Assembly (NCBI GenBank): GCA_963845535.1
Contig: CAWJSK010000019.1
Span: forward strand, 224,001-288,000
Direction: 5' to 3'
DNA length: 64,000 bases
Origin: an uncultured Spirochaetota bacterium
GTDB lineage: Bacteria > Spirochaetota > Spirochaetia > SZUA-6 > Fen-1364
Within the stretch, counting starts at the first letter, position 1. Each line of letters starts with the position of its first letter. The notes under the pieces are model-generated. The model did no database searches, was not told the origin of the DNA, and worked only from the letters and a program-made list of their open reading frames with translations. The position numbers and the translations under genes are program-made. Of the stretch, positions 37,789-49,130 are shown in pieces.

Positions 37789-39542
37789 GTTCGCGCGGGA
37801 AGGAGCACGGTGACCGTGGTTCCCTTGCCCTTGTCCGATACAAGAGAGACTCCGTACGGTTCTCCGTAGCTCAGCCTGATCCTTCGATGAACGTTTTGAA
37901 GTCCGACGCCGCTTCCATAGGAAGGGTTCCCGTCGTGGGATTCCGCCGTCTCCAGGGCGCGTGACACTGCCCGAAGCCTGTCCTCGTCGATGCCGACGCC
38001 GGTGTCCGCCACGGCTATTCTCAGCGCCACGCCGGCGCCGCTCCGGCAAAGGACGGCTGATATCTGCACGCGGCCCGGGCCCACCATGGGTTCCAAGCCG
38101 TGGCGAAAAGCATTTTCCACGATTGGCTGAAGGATCAGCCGCGGAACGAAGCACTCCTCGGTTTCCGGACCCACGGAAAGAGAAGCATCGAAGCGGCTCT
38201 CGAACCTCAGCTGCTGTATCTTCAGGTAGTTCGAAAGGCTTCGGATCTCATCGCGCAGCCGCACCGGCTCTTCGCTTCGGTCGATGCTGTAGCGGAAAAG
38301 CTCTGCCAGGGCTGCGGCTGTTTCCTTGACCTTGTCGATCTTTCTCCAGCTGGCAAGTCCGCGGATCAGGTCAAGCGTGTTGTAGAGGAAGTGCGGATTG
38401 ATCTGTGCCTGGAGGGCAAGCACGCGGGAGAGCGTGGCCTCTTTTTCCTGGCGCTTGAGGTTCTCCACCAGAGCATTGATCCTGTCAACCATGACGTTGA
38501 AGTCATTCGTCAGGTGCTGGATATCCTCATTCGCTCCCCTCTGCGCTGCGGAGATCCTGTGGCTGAAGTCTCCTCCGCCGATCTTGTCCATCACTGCGAT
38601 GACCGAATACAGCGGCCTCGTGATCCGCCCCGCCACGATGATTGCTCCCCCAATGCTGAGGAAAAATACGATGAGGCTGGCAACAAGCTCGAGGAGGCTC
38701 ACGCGGATGAGCTCCGCGTTGGTAACGGAGTCGGGAACCGCGGAGACGAAGAAAAGAGGGAGGCCGCGAACGCGATGGGCCAGGATGAGAAACCCGCCGC
38801 TTCGCGCGCGAGCCCTGTCCCCGCTGAGATCCAGTCCATTCAGCAGGGCGCTCTCGGACGCGGGCCGGACGGAGGCTCCGGACTCTCTTTCCACGGCAAC
38901 AAGGACCTTCCTGTCAGACGTGATGAGCATGGACCGCACGGACGGCCGGAACGCCGCCGCCTCGGTGATGCGCGATATCTCGGAAAAGGGAAGCCTCAGC
39001 TCCACGGTAACCGGTTGCGCGTGCCTCTCTGTCTGGTTCCCCAGGTGGAGGACATATCGGAATGATCCGTCAGAAGCCTGGGTGACATAGTCGTTTTTCG
39101 AAATGTCAAAGGCTCGCTCGCTGCTGGCGGCGTCGCTTGAGGAAACCACGGAAAAAATCCCGGTCTCGATTTTGTACCCGGTCCCGATAAAGACCCGGAT
39201 GCCGGCCACGTACGGCGAATTCAGGTAGGTCATGTAGATGGCCTGGGAGGTTGTTCGGACAAGGTTGATGCCGCTGCGGGACCGGTCTTCCAGGTGCTCC
39301 CGGATCCCGCTGGAGACCACCTGGAATACGACCTGGTTCCGCGTGAAGACGACGGATTGCACCAGACGCTCGAAATCATCCTGCGCGTAGCGCAGCCCAT
39401 CCTCCATGAACATCACGACCTGCTGTTCGATGTAGCTGCGCGTCTGGAAGAGCACGAAAAGGCTCAGCGCGATTGACGGCAGAAGCAGAAGCAGGACTGC
39501 TGCCCGGATGAAGTCTTTTCTGATTCCGCCCGTGCGAGCCAT
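37785..39542 (-). CDS. Sensor histidine kinase (YesM/LytS-like, HAMP)
   Basis: Two TMs, HAMP, LQAQINPHFLYNTL, LQPIVENAFRHG, GVGLQNV. Confidence 0.92.
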   Translation of the reverse strand: MARTGGIRKDFIRAAVLLLLLPSIALSLFVLFQTRSYIEQQVVMFMEDGLRYAQDDFERLVQSVVFTRNQVVFQVVSSGIREHLEDRSRSGINLVRTTSQAIYMTYLNSPYVAGIRVFIGTGYKIETGIFSVVSSSDAASSERAFDISKNDYVTQASDGSFRYVLHLGNQTERHAQPVTVELRLPFSEISRITEAAAFRPSVRSMLITSDRKVLVAVERESGASVRPASESALLNGLDLSGDRARARSGGFLILAHRVRGLPLFFVSAVPDSVTNAELIRVSLLELVASLIVFFLSIGGAIIVAGRITRPLYSVIAVMDKIGGGDFSHRISAAQRGANEDIQHLTNDFNVMVDRINALVENLKRQEKEATLSRVLALQAQINPHFLYNTLDLIRGLASWRKIDKVKETAAALAELFRYSIDRSEEPVRLRDEIRSLSNYLKIQQLRFESRFDASLSVGPETEECFVPRLILQPIVENAFRHGLEPMVGPGRVQISAVLCRSGAGVALRIAVADTGVGIDEDRLRAVSRALETAESHDGNPSYGSGVGLQNVHRRIRLSYGEPYGVSLVSDKGKGTTVTVLLPART

Positions 39543-39576
39543 GGTTTCCGCCCCGGACCTGGGCTCCTTTCCGCCG

Positions 39577-41370
39577 TCAGCTCTCCTGGAGCACGGCCCG
39601 GATGCGGCGCACGCCGGCAGAAGACGACTGTTCCTTCTGGATCACGAACTTCCCCAGGACTCCGGTGTGCTCCACGTGCGGGCCCCCGCAGACTTCCTTG
39701 GAGTAGTCCCCAATGGAATAGACTTTCACTTTTTCCCCGTACTTTTCCCCAAATAGCGCGATTGCTCCGCTTGCTTTGGCCTGCTCCAGCGTCATGACCT
39801 CCATGCTCACCGGCAGGTCCCTCGTGATCTGCTCATTGACAATGGCCTCCACTTTCCTGACTTCCTCTTCCGTCATGGGTTGCGGATGGGAGAAGTCGAA
39901 TCGCAGGCGCTCAACGGTGATGTTCGAGCCCTTCTGGGCAACGTGAGGACCGAGCACGGTGCGCAGAGCCTGGTGGAGGAGGTGCGTGGCCGTGTGGAGC
40001 TTCGTGGTCATTTCCGAATGGTCGGCAAGGCCGCCCTTGAACGTCTTCTCCGCCCCGGCCTTCGACAGCTCCTGGTGCTTCTGGAATGCTTCCTCGAAAC
40101 CTTTTCTGTCCACGCCCATTCCGTGCTCATGAGCAAGTTCTTCCGTGATCTCGATGGGGAAGCCATACGTGTCATAGAGCCGGAACGCGACCCGGCCCGG
40201 GATAATCTTCTGCGGGTTCTTCAGAAGGTTGGGAATGAGCTTTTCGAACTCCTTCTCACCTTTCTGGAGTGTCTCTGAGAACCGCTCTTCTTCCTGGCCC
40301 ATTTCCGTGGAGATCATGGCCGCGCGGGCGGCGAGCTCGGGATACGAGCCTTGGTAGATTGCCACCACGTCGGCGGCCAGCTTGCCCAGGAACCCGCCCT
40401 CCAAGCCAAGCTTGCGGCCGTGGCGGATGCTGCGTCGGATCAGCCGGCGAAGGATATAGCCCTGGCCGAGGTTGGAAGGCTTGACTCCCTTGTCGTCACC
40501 GAGGATGAACGTGGCGGCGCGCACGTGGTCCGTGATGATCCTGATGGAAGCGTCGGTTGCCTGTTCGGACCCGTAGCGTTTTCCCGTGATCTCCGCCAGG
40601 CGCTCTATGACGGGCCAGAACAGCTCCGTCTCGAAAACAGTTTTCTTTCCCTGAAGCATGGCGACGGTCCGGTCCACTCCCATTCCCGTGTCGACGGTCC
40701 TCTGGGCAAGGGGCGGATATTTTCCCTCCGCGGTCTTGTTGTACTGCATGAAGACGTCGTTCCAGACCTCGAAGTATTTTCCGCAGTGGCACCCCGGCGC
40801 GCAGGACGGTCCGCAGGCGGGAACGCCCGTGTCGATGAACATTTCCGTGTCAGGTCCGCACGGTCCTGTCTGTCCGGCAGGGCCCCACCAGTTGTCCTTT
40901 CGGGGAAGGAAGTGGACGCGACTCTCCGGAATCCCGACTTTCCTCCAGATGCCGGCCGCTTCGTCATCCGGCGGGACTTCGTTGTCACCCGCGAAGACGG
41001 TGACCGAAAGGACGTCCGGAGAAAAGCCAAGCCACGTCGAGGAGGTCAGGAACTCATAGGAGAACCGGATGGCGTCATCCTTGAAGTAGTCCCCGAGTGA
41101 CCAGTTGCCAAGCATCTCGAAAAAGGTCAGGTGCGAGGGATCTCCGACTTCTTCGATGTCATCCGTGCGGATGCACTTCTGCACATCCACGAGGCGCTTG
41201 CCGGCCGGGTGCGGCTCTCCCAGGATATACGGCACGAGGGGATGCATTCCCGCCGTCGTGAAAAGAACCGTCGGATCATTTTCCGGGATGAGAGACTTGC
41301 CAGAAATCTCCGCGTGCCCTTTTCCCTTGAAAAAATCCACGTATTTTTGTTTCAGCTCGGCTCCGGTCAT
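39577..41370 (-). CDS. alaS: Alanine-tRNA ligase (short form without C-Ala domain)
   Basis: LFTTAGMHP, HLTFFEMLGNWS, GPCGP, DTGMG, HTATHLLH, CGGPH, GVRRI; 597 aa. Confidence 0.96.
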   Translation of the reverse strand: MTGAELKQKYVDFFKGKGHAEISGKSLIPENDPTVLFTTAGMHPLVPYILGEPHPAGKRLVDVQKCIRTDDIEEVGDPSHLTFFEMLGNWSLGDYFKDDAIRFSYEFLTSSTWLGFSPDVLSVTVFAGDNEVPPDDEAAGIWRKVGIPESRVHFLPRKDNWWGPAGQTGPCGPDTEMFIDTGVPACGPSCAPGCHCGKYFEVWNDVFMQYNKTAEGKYPPLAQRTVDTGMGVDRTVAMLQGKKTVFETELFWPVIERLAEITGKRYGSEQATDASIRIITDHVRAATFILGDDKGVKPSNLGQGYILRRLIRRSIRHGRKLGLEGGFLGKLAADVVAIYQGSYPELAARAAMISTEMGQEEERFSETLQKGEKEFEKLIPNLLKNPQKIIPGRVAFRLYDTYGFPIEITEELAHEHGMGVDRKGFEEAFQKHQELSKAGAEKTFKGGLADHSEMTTKLHTATHLLHQALRTVLGPHVAQKGSNITVERLRFDFSHPQPMTEEEVRKVEAIVNEQITRDLPVSMEVMTLEQAKASGAIALFGEKYGEKVKVYSIGDYSKEVCGGPHVEHTGVLGKFVIQKEQSSSAGVRRIRAVLQES

Positions 41371-41377
41371 GGCAGCT

Positions 41378-41406
41378 AAAGTACGGGAACCGATGGGGGG
41401 TGTCAA
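41378..41406 (-). promoter_or_regulatory. Sigma70 promoter of probably leaderless alaS
   Basis: TTGACA-17-TACTTT-7-ATG(41370). Confidence 0.7.
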
Positions 41407-41442
41407 GGACGGCCTTAAAATGGTAGAAGAAGAGCGCGTGGC

Positions 41443-43662
41443 ATGGCTGAGATCGGACGCACCATCGAGGCGTTGATTCATTTCAATCGCTTGCGCACTC
41501 GAGCGCTCTTCCTTCTGGGCGTCCTCGTCGTCGCAAGCGCCATCCCTTTCTGGCTCCCCTGGCGCGCCCTGGAGGAGTTCCTGCGTGATCCTTCGGGGAT
41601 GAGGATCACGGACCGCCACGGAGCGCTCCTCTCCCTGGTTGCGGGCGCGAACGGGAGCTTCCAGGAAGTGTTCGCCTTCGACGACATTCCGCAGACCTGC
41701 CGCGATCTTTTTGTCCGCCTGGAGGACGAGCGCTTCTTCTCCCACCCCGGCGTGGATCCCCTGGCCGTGGTCCGCGCGTTGGACGCCCTGCTCCTTGGCG
41801 GCCCGCGCTCCGGGGCCTCGACCATCACGATGCAGCTTGCGCGGATCGTCTCCCCCCACCCCCGCAACCTTGCCGGGAAATTGGTGGAGGTCTTTCGCGC
41901 CCTGCAGATCGAGTCGAAGCTGCCCAAGGACCGCATCCTTTCGCTGTACTTGAGCTCGCTGCCATTTGGACGGAACACGCGCGGCGTCGGCGCCGCCGCA
42001 TGGACGTATTTCGGCATGGACCTTGCCGCGCTCAGCCCGTCACAGCTCCTCGTGCTCGGGATCATTCCCAGAAACCCCCGGTATTATGATCCCTTCGACA
42101 ATCCCGAACAGGTCATCCACACCGCCGCTGAAGCATCGCAAACCAAGGGCCTCGGCATCAGCGTGGATGAGATCCGGCGCGCCGTGCTTTCCGTGAGGTC
42201 CGCGAAGCCCCCTGTCCACGCCCCCCACTTTGCGCGGTTTGTCGCCGAGCGCCTGCAGAGAGGGCAGTTGCGCCCGGATCACGGCGAGCTGCGGACCACG
42301 CTGGATGAGACGCTCAATTCCTTCATCCAGGAGAGGGTGCGCTTCTCCCTGGACCGCTACGCTTCCGCACGCGTGACCAACGCCGCCGTCATTGCGATCG
42401 ACAACGCAACCGGGGCGGTCATCGGGTGGGCAGGCTCGCGTGACTTTTCCGACGTCTCCCATTCGGGACAGATCGACGGGGTCCTGATCCGTCGCCAGAG
42501 CGCGTCCACCGTGAAGCCGTTCCTCTACGCCAGCGCGCTGGAAGCCGGCTGGACGGCGGCCACTCTCCTTCCGGACAGCCCGTTGGAGTTCGCCTCCTTC
42601 GCGGATGAGACCTACCGGCCCTCCAATTTCGACAGGAGGAGCCACGGGGTGGTACGCCTCCGCACCGCGCTGGCAAGCTCGCTGAACGTGCCTGCCGTAT
42701 ACACGTTGTCACGCGTCGGTCTTCCCGCTTTCATCCGGCTCCTTTCCGAGCTTGGATTCGCGCTCCCCGCGGACGCACAGTCCCGGTATGGGTTGGGGAT
42801 GGCCATCGGAAACGCAGAGGTCTCCCTGCTCGAGCTTGCCAGGGCTTTCAGCGTTTTTCCGCGCGGCGGGACGCTGCCCGCCCTGCGCATTTCACAGAGC
42901 GAGCCGCGCCGGTCGACCCGCGTCTTTTCCCCGTTCACCGCCTGGCTGATCTGCAACATCCTCTCTGACCCCTCCGCGCGGGCAACGGGGTTCGGGACGC
43001 GGACGTATTTCTCAACCCCTTTCCCGGCGATGTTCAAGTCCGGCACATCGAGTGAGTTTACGAACCTGTGGTGCGTCGGCGCCACGCCGCGCTTCACAGT
43101 CGGCGCCTGGGCCGGCAACTTCGACGGCCGGACGGTGATCAACAAGACGGGAAGCATCGTCCCGACGCAGCTCGTGGTGGACGTGCTGGAGCGGCTGCAG
43201 TCGGGCGCCCCGGCGGAGTTCCCAAGGCCGCCGGGAGTGGTGGAGGCCAGGATCGACACGCTCACGGGGCTTCGCGCAACGGACCGCAGTCCCTCCGTGC
43301 GCACGGAGTACTTCCGGGACGCGGAGCAAGTCCCTGAGCTGGACACTTTCCATGCGGGTTCCGCGACGCGCGATTCTCTTCTCCTGGAAAGCCTGCTCGG
43401 CAGGAAGGAGAAGGTGCGGATCCTCTTTCCCGTGAACGGGCAGGTGTTCTATGAGGACCCGACGCTTCCCTCCTCGGATCAGGGAATCCCGCTCATGGCG
43501 GCTGCGCGGGGGGGAGCAACGATCTCCCTGTTCGTCGACGGCGCCGAAATGGCGCGCGGCGTGCAGGACCCGTCACTGACGCTCCCGCTCGAGCCCGGAC
43601 CCCACGTCGCCGTGGCCCGAACGAGTGACGCTGAGGACAGGGTGCTCTTCGAGGTGAAATGA
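41443..43662 (+). CDS. pbpC: Penicillin-binding protein 1C (bifunctional transglycosylase/transpeptidase)
   Basis: EDERFFSHPGVD, GASTITMQLAR, STVK (SxxK), SLN, KSGT, C-terminal BiPBP_C-like ILFP..PGPH. Confidence 0.88.
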   Translation: MAEIGRTIEALIHFNRLRTRALFLLGVLVVASAIPFWLPWRALEEFLRDPSGMRITDRHGALLSLVAGANGSFQEVFAFDDIPQTCRDLFVRLEDERFFSHPGVDPLAVVRALDALLLGGPRSGASTITMQLARIVSPHPRNLAGKLVEVFRALQIESKLPKDRILSLYLSSLPFGRNTRGVGAAAWTYFGMDLAALSPSQLLVLGIIPRNPRYYDPFDNPEQVIHTAAEASQTKGLGISVDEIRRAVLSVRSAKPPVHAPHFARFVAERLQRGQLRPDHGELRTTLDETLNSFIQERVRFSLDRYASARVTNAAVIAIDNATGAVIGWAGSRDFSDVSHSGQIDGVLIRRQSASTVKPFLYASALEAGWTAATLLPDSPLEFASFADETYRPSNFDRRSHGVVRLRTALASSLNVPAVYTLSRVGLPAFIRLLSELGFALPADAQSRYGLGMAIGNAEVSLLELARAFSVFPRGGTLPALRISQSEPRRSTRVFSPFTAWLICNILSDPSARATGFGTRTYFSTPFPAMFKSGTSSEFTNLWCVGATPRFTVGAWAGNFDGRTVINKTGSIVPTQLVVDVLERLQSGAPAEFPRPPGVVEARIDTLTGLRATDRSPSVRTEYFRDAEQVPELDTFHAGSATRDSLLLESLLGRKEKVRILFPVNGQVFYEDPTLPSSDQGIPLMAAARGGATISLFVDGAEMARGVQDPSLTLPLEPGPHVAVARTSDAEDRVLFEVK

Positions 43663-43699
43663 ATTGACCCGCCCTGCGGAAAAAGCCCATGATGGCGGC

Positions 43700-43996
43700 A
43701 TGCCGGAGGGTTTCTTCACGGCCCGGTCCGAGTGCATTTTCCTGCGGGTCAAGGCGAAGCCCGGCGCGCGTGAAGACTCGATCCTTGGCGTGCGCGGAGC
43801 GGAGCTTCTCGTGGCGGTGCGCGTCCCGCCGGAGAAAGGAAAGGCAAACGCAGAGATTGCCCGCGTGCTCGCGAAAGCCCTTGGCGTCTCCCGTGACGAG
43901 GTCATCCTGAAACGCGGGGGCGCGTCGGCTCACAAGGTCTACACGGTCCCGCTCGGCGCGGCCGCTGCTCTGGGAAAGATGGTGCGTGCGGTTTGA
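43700..43996 (+). CDS. DUF167 (YggU) family protein
   Basis: VKAKPGA, PPEKGKAN, GASAHK; preceded by TTGACC-18-CATGAT-6-ATG. Confidence 0.85.
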   Translation: MPEGFFTARSECIFLRVKAKPGAREDSILGVRGAELLVAVRVPPEKGKANAEIARVLAKALGVSRDEVILKRGGASAHKVYTVPLGAAAALGKMVRAV

Positions 43997-45501
43997 GGTG
44001 CCTTGTCGTTGAGGATCCCCGGCTCATCGCTTCCTCATACGCCCGCTACCTGCATGATGAGTCAAGCCTGCGCGCAGGGCTGCCCCGCAGGATCCTTTTT
44101 CCCTCGTCCCTTGACGAGCTTTCCTCGGCGCTCGGCGAACTGTCGGGACGCAGGGAGCCTGTCACCCTCTCAGGCGCCCGGACAGGAATTGTCGGCGGCG
44201 CCGTGGCAGCGGGCGGAGAGGCTCTCCTCTCCCTGGAGCGGTTCGTCTTTCAACCGGAGGTGAGCTTTTCCGAACGCTTCCACGCTTGGACGGTGGAAGC
44301 CGCGCCGGGAATGACCCTGGATGCCTTGCGGGAAACCTTGGGACAGGCCCCCGGCAGCCATATGTTTCCGGTAGACCCCACGGAAGGCGGAGCGAGCCTC
44401 GGCGGAATGGTGGCCACGAACGCAAGCGGCGCGCGCACGCTCCTGTATGGGCCCACTCGCGCCTGGGTGGCCGGCCTCGTGATCGTTCTTGCAAACGGAG
44501 ACGTGGTGAAGCTCACGCGAGGTGGGACGGCGGCCCGTGATGGCGAGGTGCTGGTCAATGGGAGCCGCCTCCGCCTGCCGTCCGTTCGTATTCCGAAAAC
44601 CAAGCACGCCGTGGCATACCATACCGGGCCGGGAGTCGACGCTCTTGACCTTTTCATCGGAGGGGAGGGAACGCTGGCCGTGGTGGCGGGCGTCGAGCTT
44701 CTCCTCACGGATAGCCCGCACGCGGTCTGCGGCGTGGCGGCTTTTCTTCGAGGCGGCCAGGCGGTGGAGGAGCTGGTCGCGGACCTCAAGCGCGACGAGA
44801 TCATCCAACCGAGGGCCCTCGAGTACATGGATTCCCACTCCCTTTCCCTTCTTGCGGCGCTTCGCGCTGAGGTGGGTCCACGCAGCGGGCTGCCCGCGCT
44901 GCCGGCAGATGCGGACGGCCTTCTGTATGTCGAGTGCGCCGCCTCCCGCGACCAGGAAGCCGAACGGCGCCTGTCGCGGATCGGCGACGTTCTTGCGGCT
45001 CACGGGGTTCCCTCGGAACGCACGTGGGCGGCAACCACACGCAACGAGCTGGAGGAGATCCGCGCCATGAGGCACACGCTGCCCGAGCGGATAAACGCAC
45101 TCATCCTTCAGAGACGTGACGATGTTCCCGGGCTCACCAAGGTTGCCGCTGACTGCGCCGTGCCGGGTGAGCGGCTGGCCGAGATGATGGCCGCGTACCG
45201 ATCAGTCCTGGACGAGGCCGGCCTCCAGCGAGCCATCTTCGGTCATATCGGTAACGCGCACCTTCACGTCAACGTTCTTCCGCGCACAACCGACGAGCTG
45301 CGAAGAGCGCGGGAGGCGGTGGCGACCCTGGCGCGGACGGCGGTCCAGTTGGGGGGAAGCGTTTCCGGAGAGCACGGTATTGGCAAGCTGAAAAAAGAGC
45401 TGCTCGGCGTGCAGTACTCAGAACAGGAGCTTGACGGGCTTCGTTCCCTGAAAAGCCAGCTTGACCCCTGCGGAATCCTCAACCCCGGCGTCCTGTGGTA
45501 G
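43993..45501 (+). CDS. FAD-binding oxidoreductase (GlcD/D-lactate dehydrogenase family)
   Basis: GARTGIVGG, SLGGMVATNASG, FIGGEGTL, FGHIGNAHLH, SGEHGIGK, LNPG. Confidence 0.9.
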   Translation: MRCLVVEDPRLIASSYARYLHDESSLRAGLPRRILFPSSLDELSSALGELSGRREPVTLSGARTGIVGGAVAAGGEALLSLERFVFQPEVSFSERFHAWTVEAAPGMTLDALRETLGQAPGSHMFPVDPTEGGASLGGMVATNASGARTLLYGPTRAWVAGLVIVLANGDVVKLTRGGTAARDGEVLVNGSRLRLPSVRIPKTKHAVAYHTGPGVDALDLFIGGEGTLAVVAGVELLLTDSPHAVCGVAAFLRGGQAVEELVADLKRDEIIQPRALEYMDSHSLSLLAALRAEVGPRSGLPALPADADGLLYVECAASRDQEAERRLSRIGDVLAAHGVPSERTWAATTRNELEEIRAMRHTLPERINALILQRRDDVPGLTKVAADCAVPGERLAEMMAAYRSVLDEAGLQRAIFGHIGNAHLHVNVLPRTTDELRRAREAVATLARTAVQLGGSVSGEHGIGKLKKELLGVQYSEQELDGLRSLKSQLDPCGILNPGVLW

Positions 45502-45547
45502 TGCCTCACAAATCAGGAGACCCCGCCGCGAACAACAAGGCCATTTG

Positions 45548-45817
45548 CGCTCCTATCGAAAACGCATTTTTCCCAAGTTGCTTGGGGAAAATGCGTTTTC
45601 GATAGGGGCGAGGCGTGCTTTCAGTGGCAACTTGGGGAAAATGCGTTTTCGATAGGGGCGAGGCGTGCTTTCAGTGGCAACTTGGGGAAAATGCGTTTTC
45701 GATAGGAGCGAGGCGTGCATTCAGCGGCAACTTGGGGAAAATGCGTTTTCGATAGGAGTGAGGCGTGCTTTCGCAAGCAACTTGCGAAAAATGCAGTTTC
45801 CATAAGTGTGAGGCGTG
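45548..45817. repeat. 50-bp tandem repeat array (4 full + 1 degenerate copies) preceded by an inverted partial copy
   Basis: Unit CTTGGGGAAAATGCGTTTTCGATAGGGGCGAGGCGTGCTTTCAGTGGCAA starts at 45581, 45631, 45681, 45731 and (degenerate) 45781. Inverted copy at 45548-45581. Confidence 0.95.
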
Positions 45818-46408
45818 ATTGTCTGGGAAAAGACATTGAGTCCTTGATCGGTCTACTCGCAGAACGGAATGGAAAACCTCTGAACGCTGCTGCAATCGGC
45901 AGGCAGTTTGGCTTTTCGCAGACGACAGCAATGGCCTGGGTTAAAGACCTGGCGCACCAAGGGTTTGTTCGCCTGATTCCGTCATTCGAGGCGGTTCGAA
46001 GGCCGCTCCTTTTTTTGCCGGAATCTTTTCTTGGTTCCTGTGTTGAGGCCGTCATTACGACGCTCACTGACGTGGCCCCGGGCAGCCGCTTCTTTTGGTG
46101 GAAAACCGGGAGGGTGCGGCAGATTCCTGTTCTGGCCGAAACCGGTCAGAGGCGGCTTGGATTCTGCTTCTGCGCCTTCAGAGTGCCGCAAAAACGGGAC
46201 TGGTGGCCCTTGCGACTTGCATGTCAGCGTGGCCTGATTCAGCGCGGCTATCTGTTGCACACCGGAAGTCGTGCGTTTGCCGTCAACCCTTCGATTTTCG
46301 GCCTTCCTTTCGCAGCTTTTCTTTCGGAGCCGGAAGACTGGATCAATCACCGGACCACGATAAAGGAGGCTTCAGCGGTGCTGGCTCGCATTAACAGATC
46401 TGCAAGCG

Positions 46409-49000
<2,592 letters not shown>

Positions 49001-49094
49001 CTGTTGGTCTCCGAGGGAAGTTGCCTTTTGCGACAAAGATACGGCATGCGGCCTCTCAGGTCAAATATACCGCGTCGCCCCGTGTTCTCCGCCT

Positions 49095-49123
49095 TTGACA
49101 GCCGGCGAAACCGCTCCTATACT
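49095..49123 (+). promoter_or_regulatory. Near-consensus sigma70 promoter of a probably leaderless GH1 gene
   Basis: TTGACA-17-TATACT-7-ATG(49131); no SD. Confidence 0.75.
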
Positions 49124-49130
49124 GGGCGAC

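Noticed and set aside
45581..45817. CRISPR array
   Set aside because: Units are contiguous near-identical 50-mers with no unique spacers, and no cas genes are present in the window.
49001..49094. CIRCE or other heat-shock operator upstream of clpB
   Set aside because: No TTAGCACTC-N9-GAGTGCTAA or clear CtsR repeat is visible.
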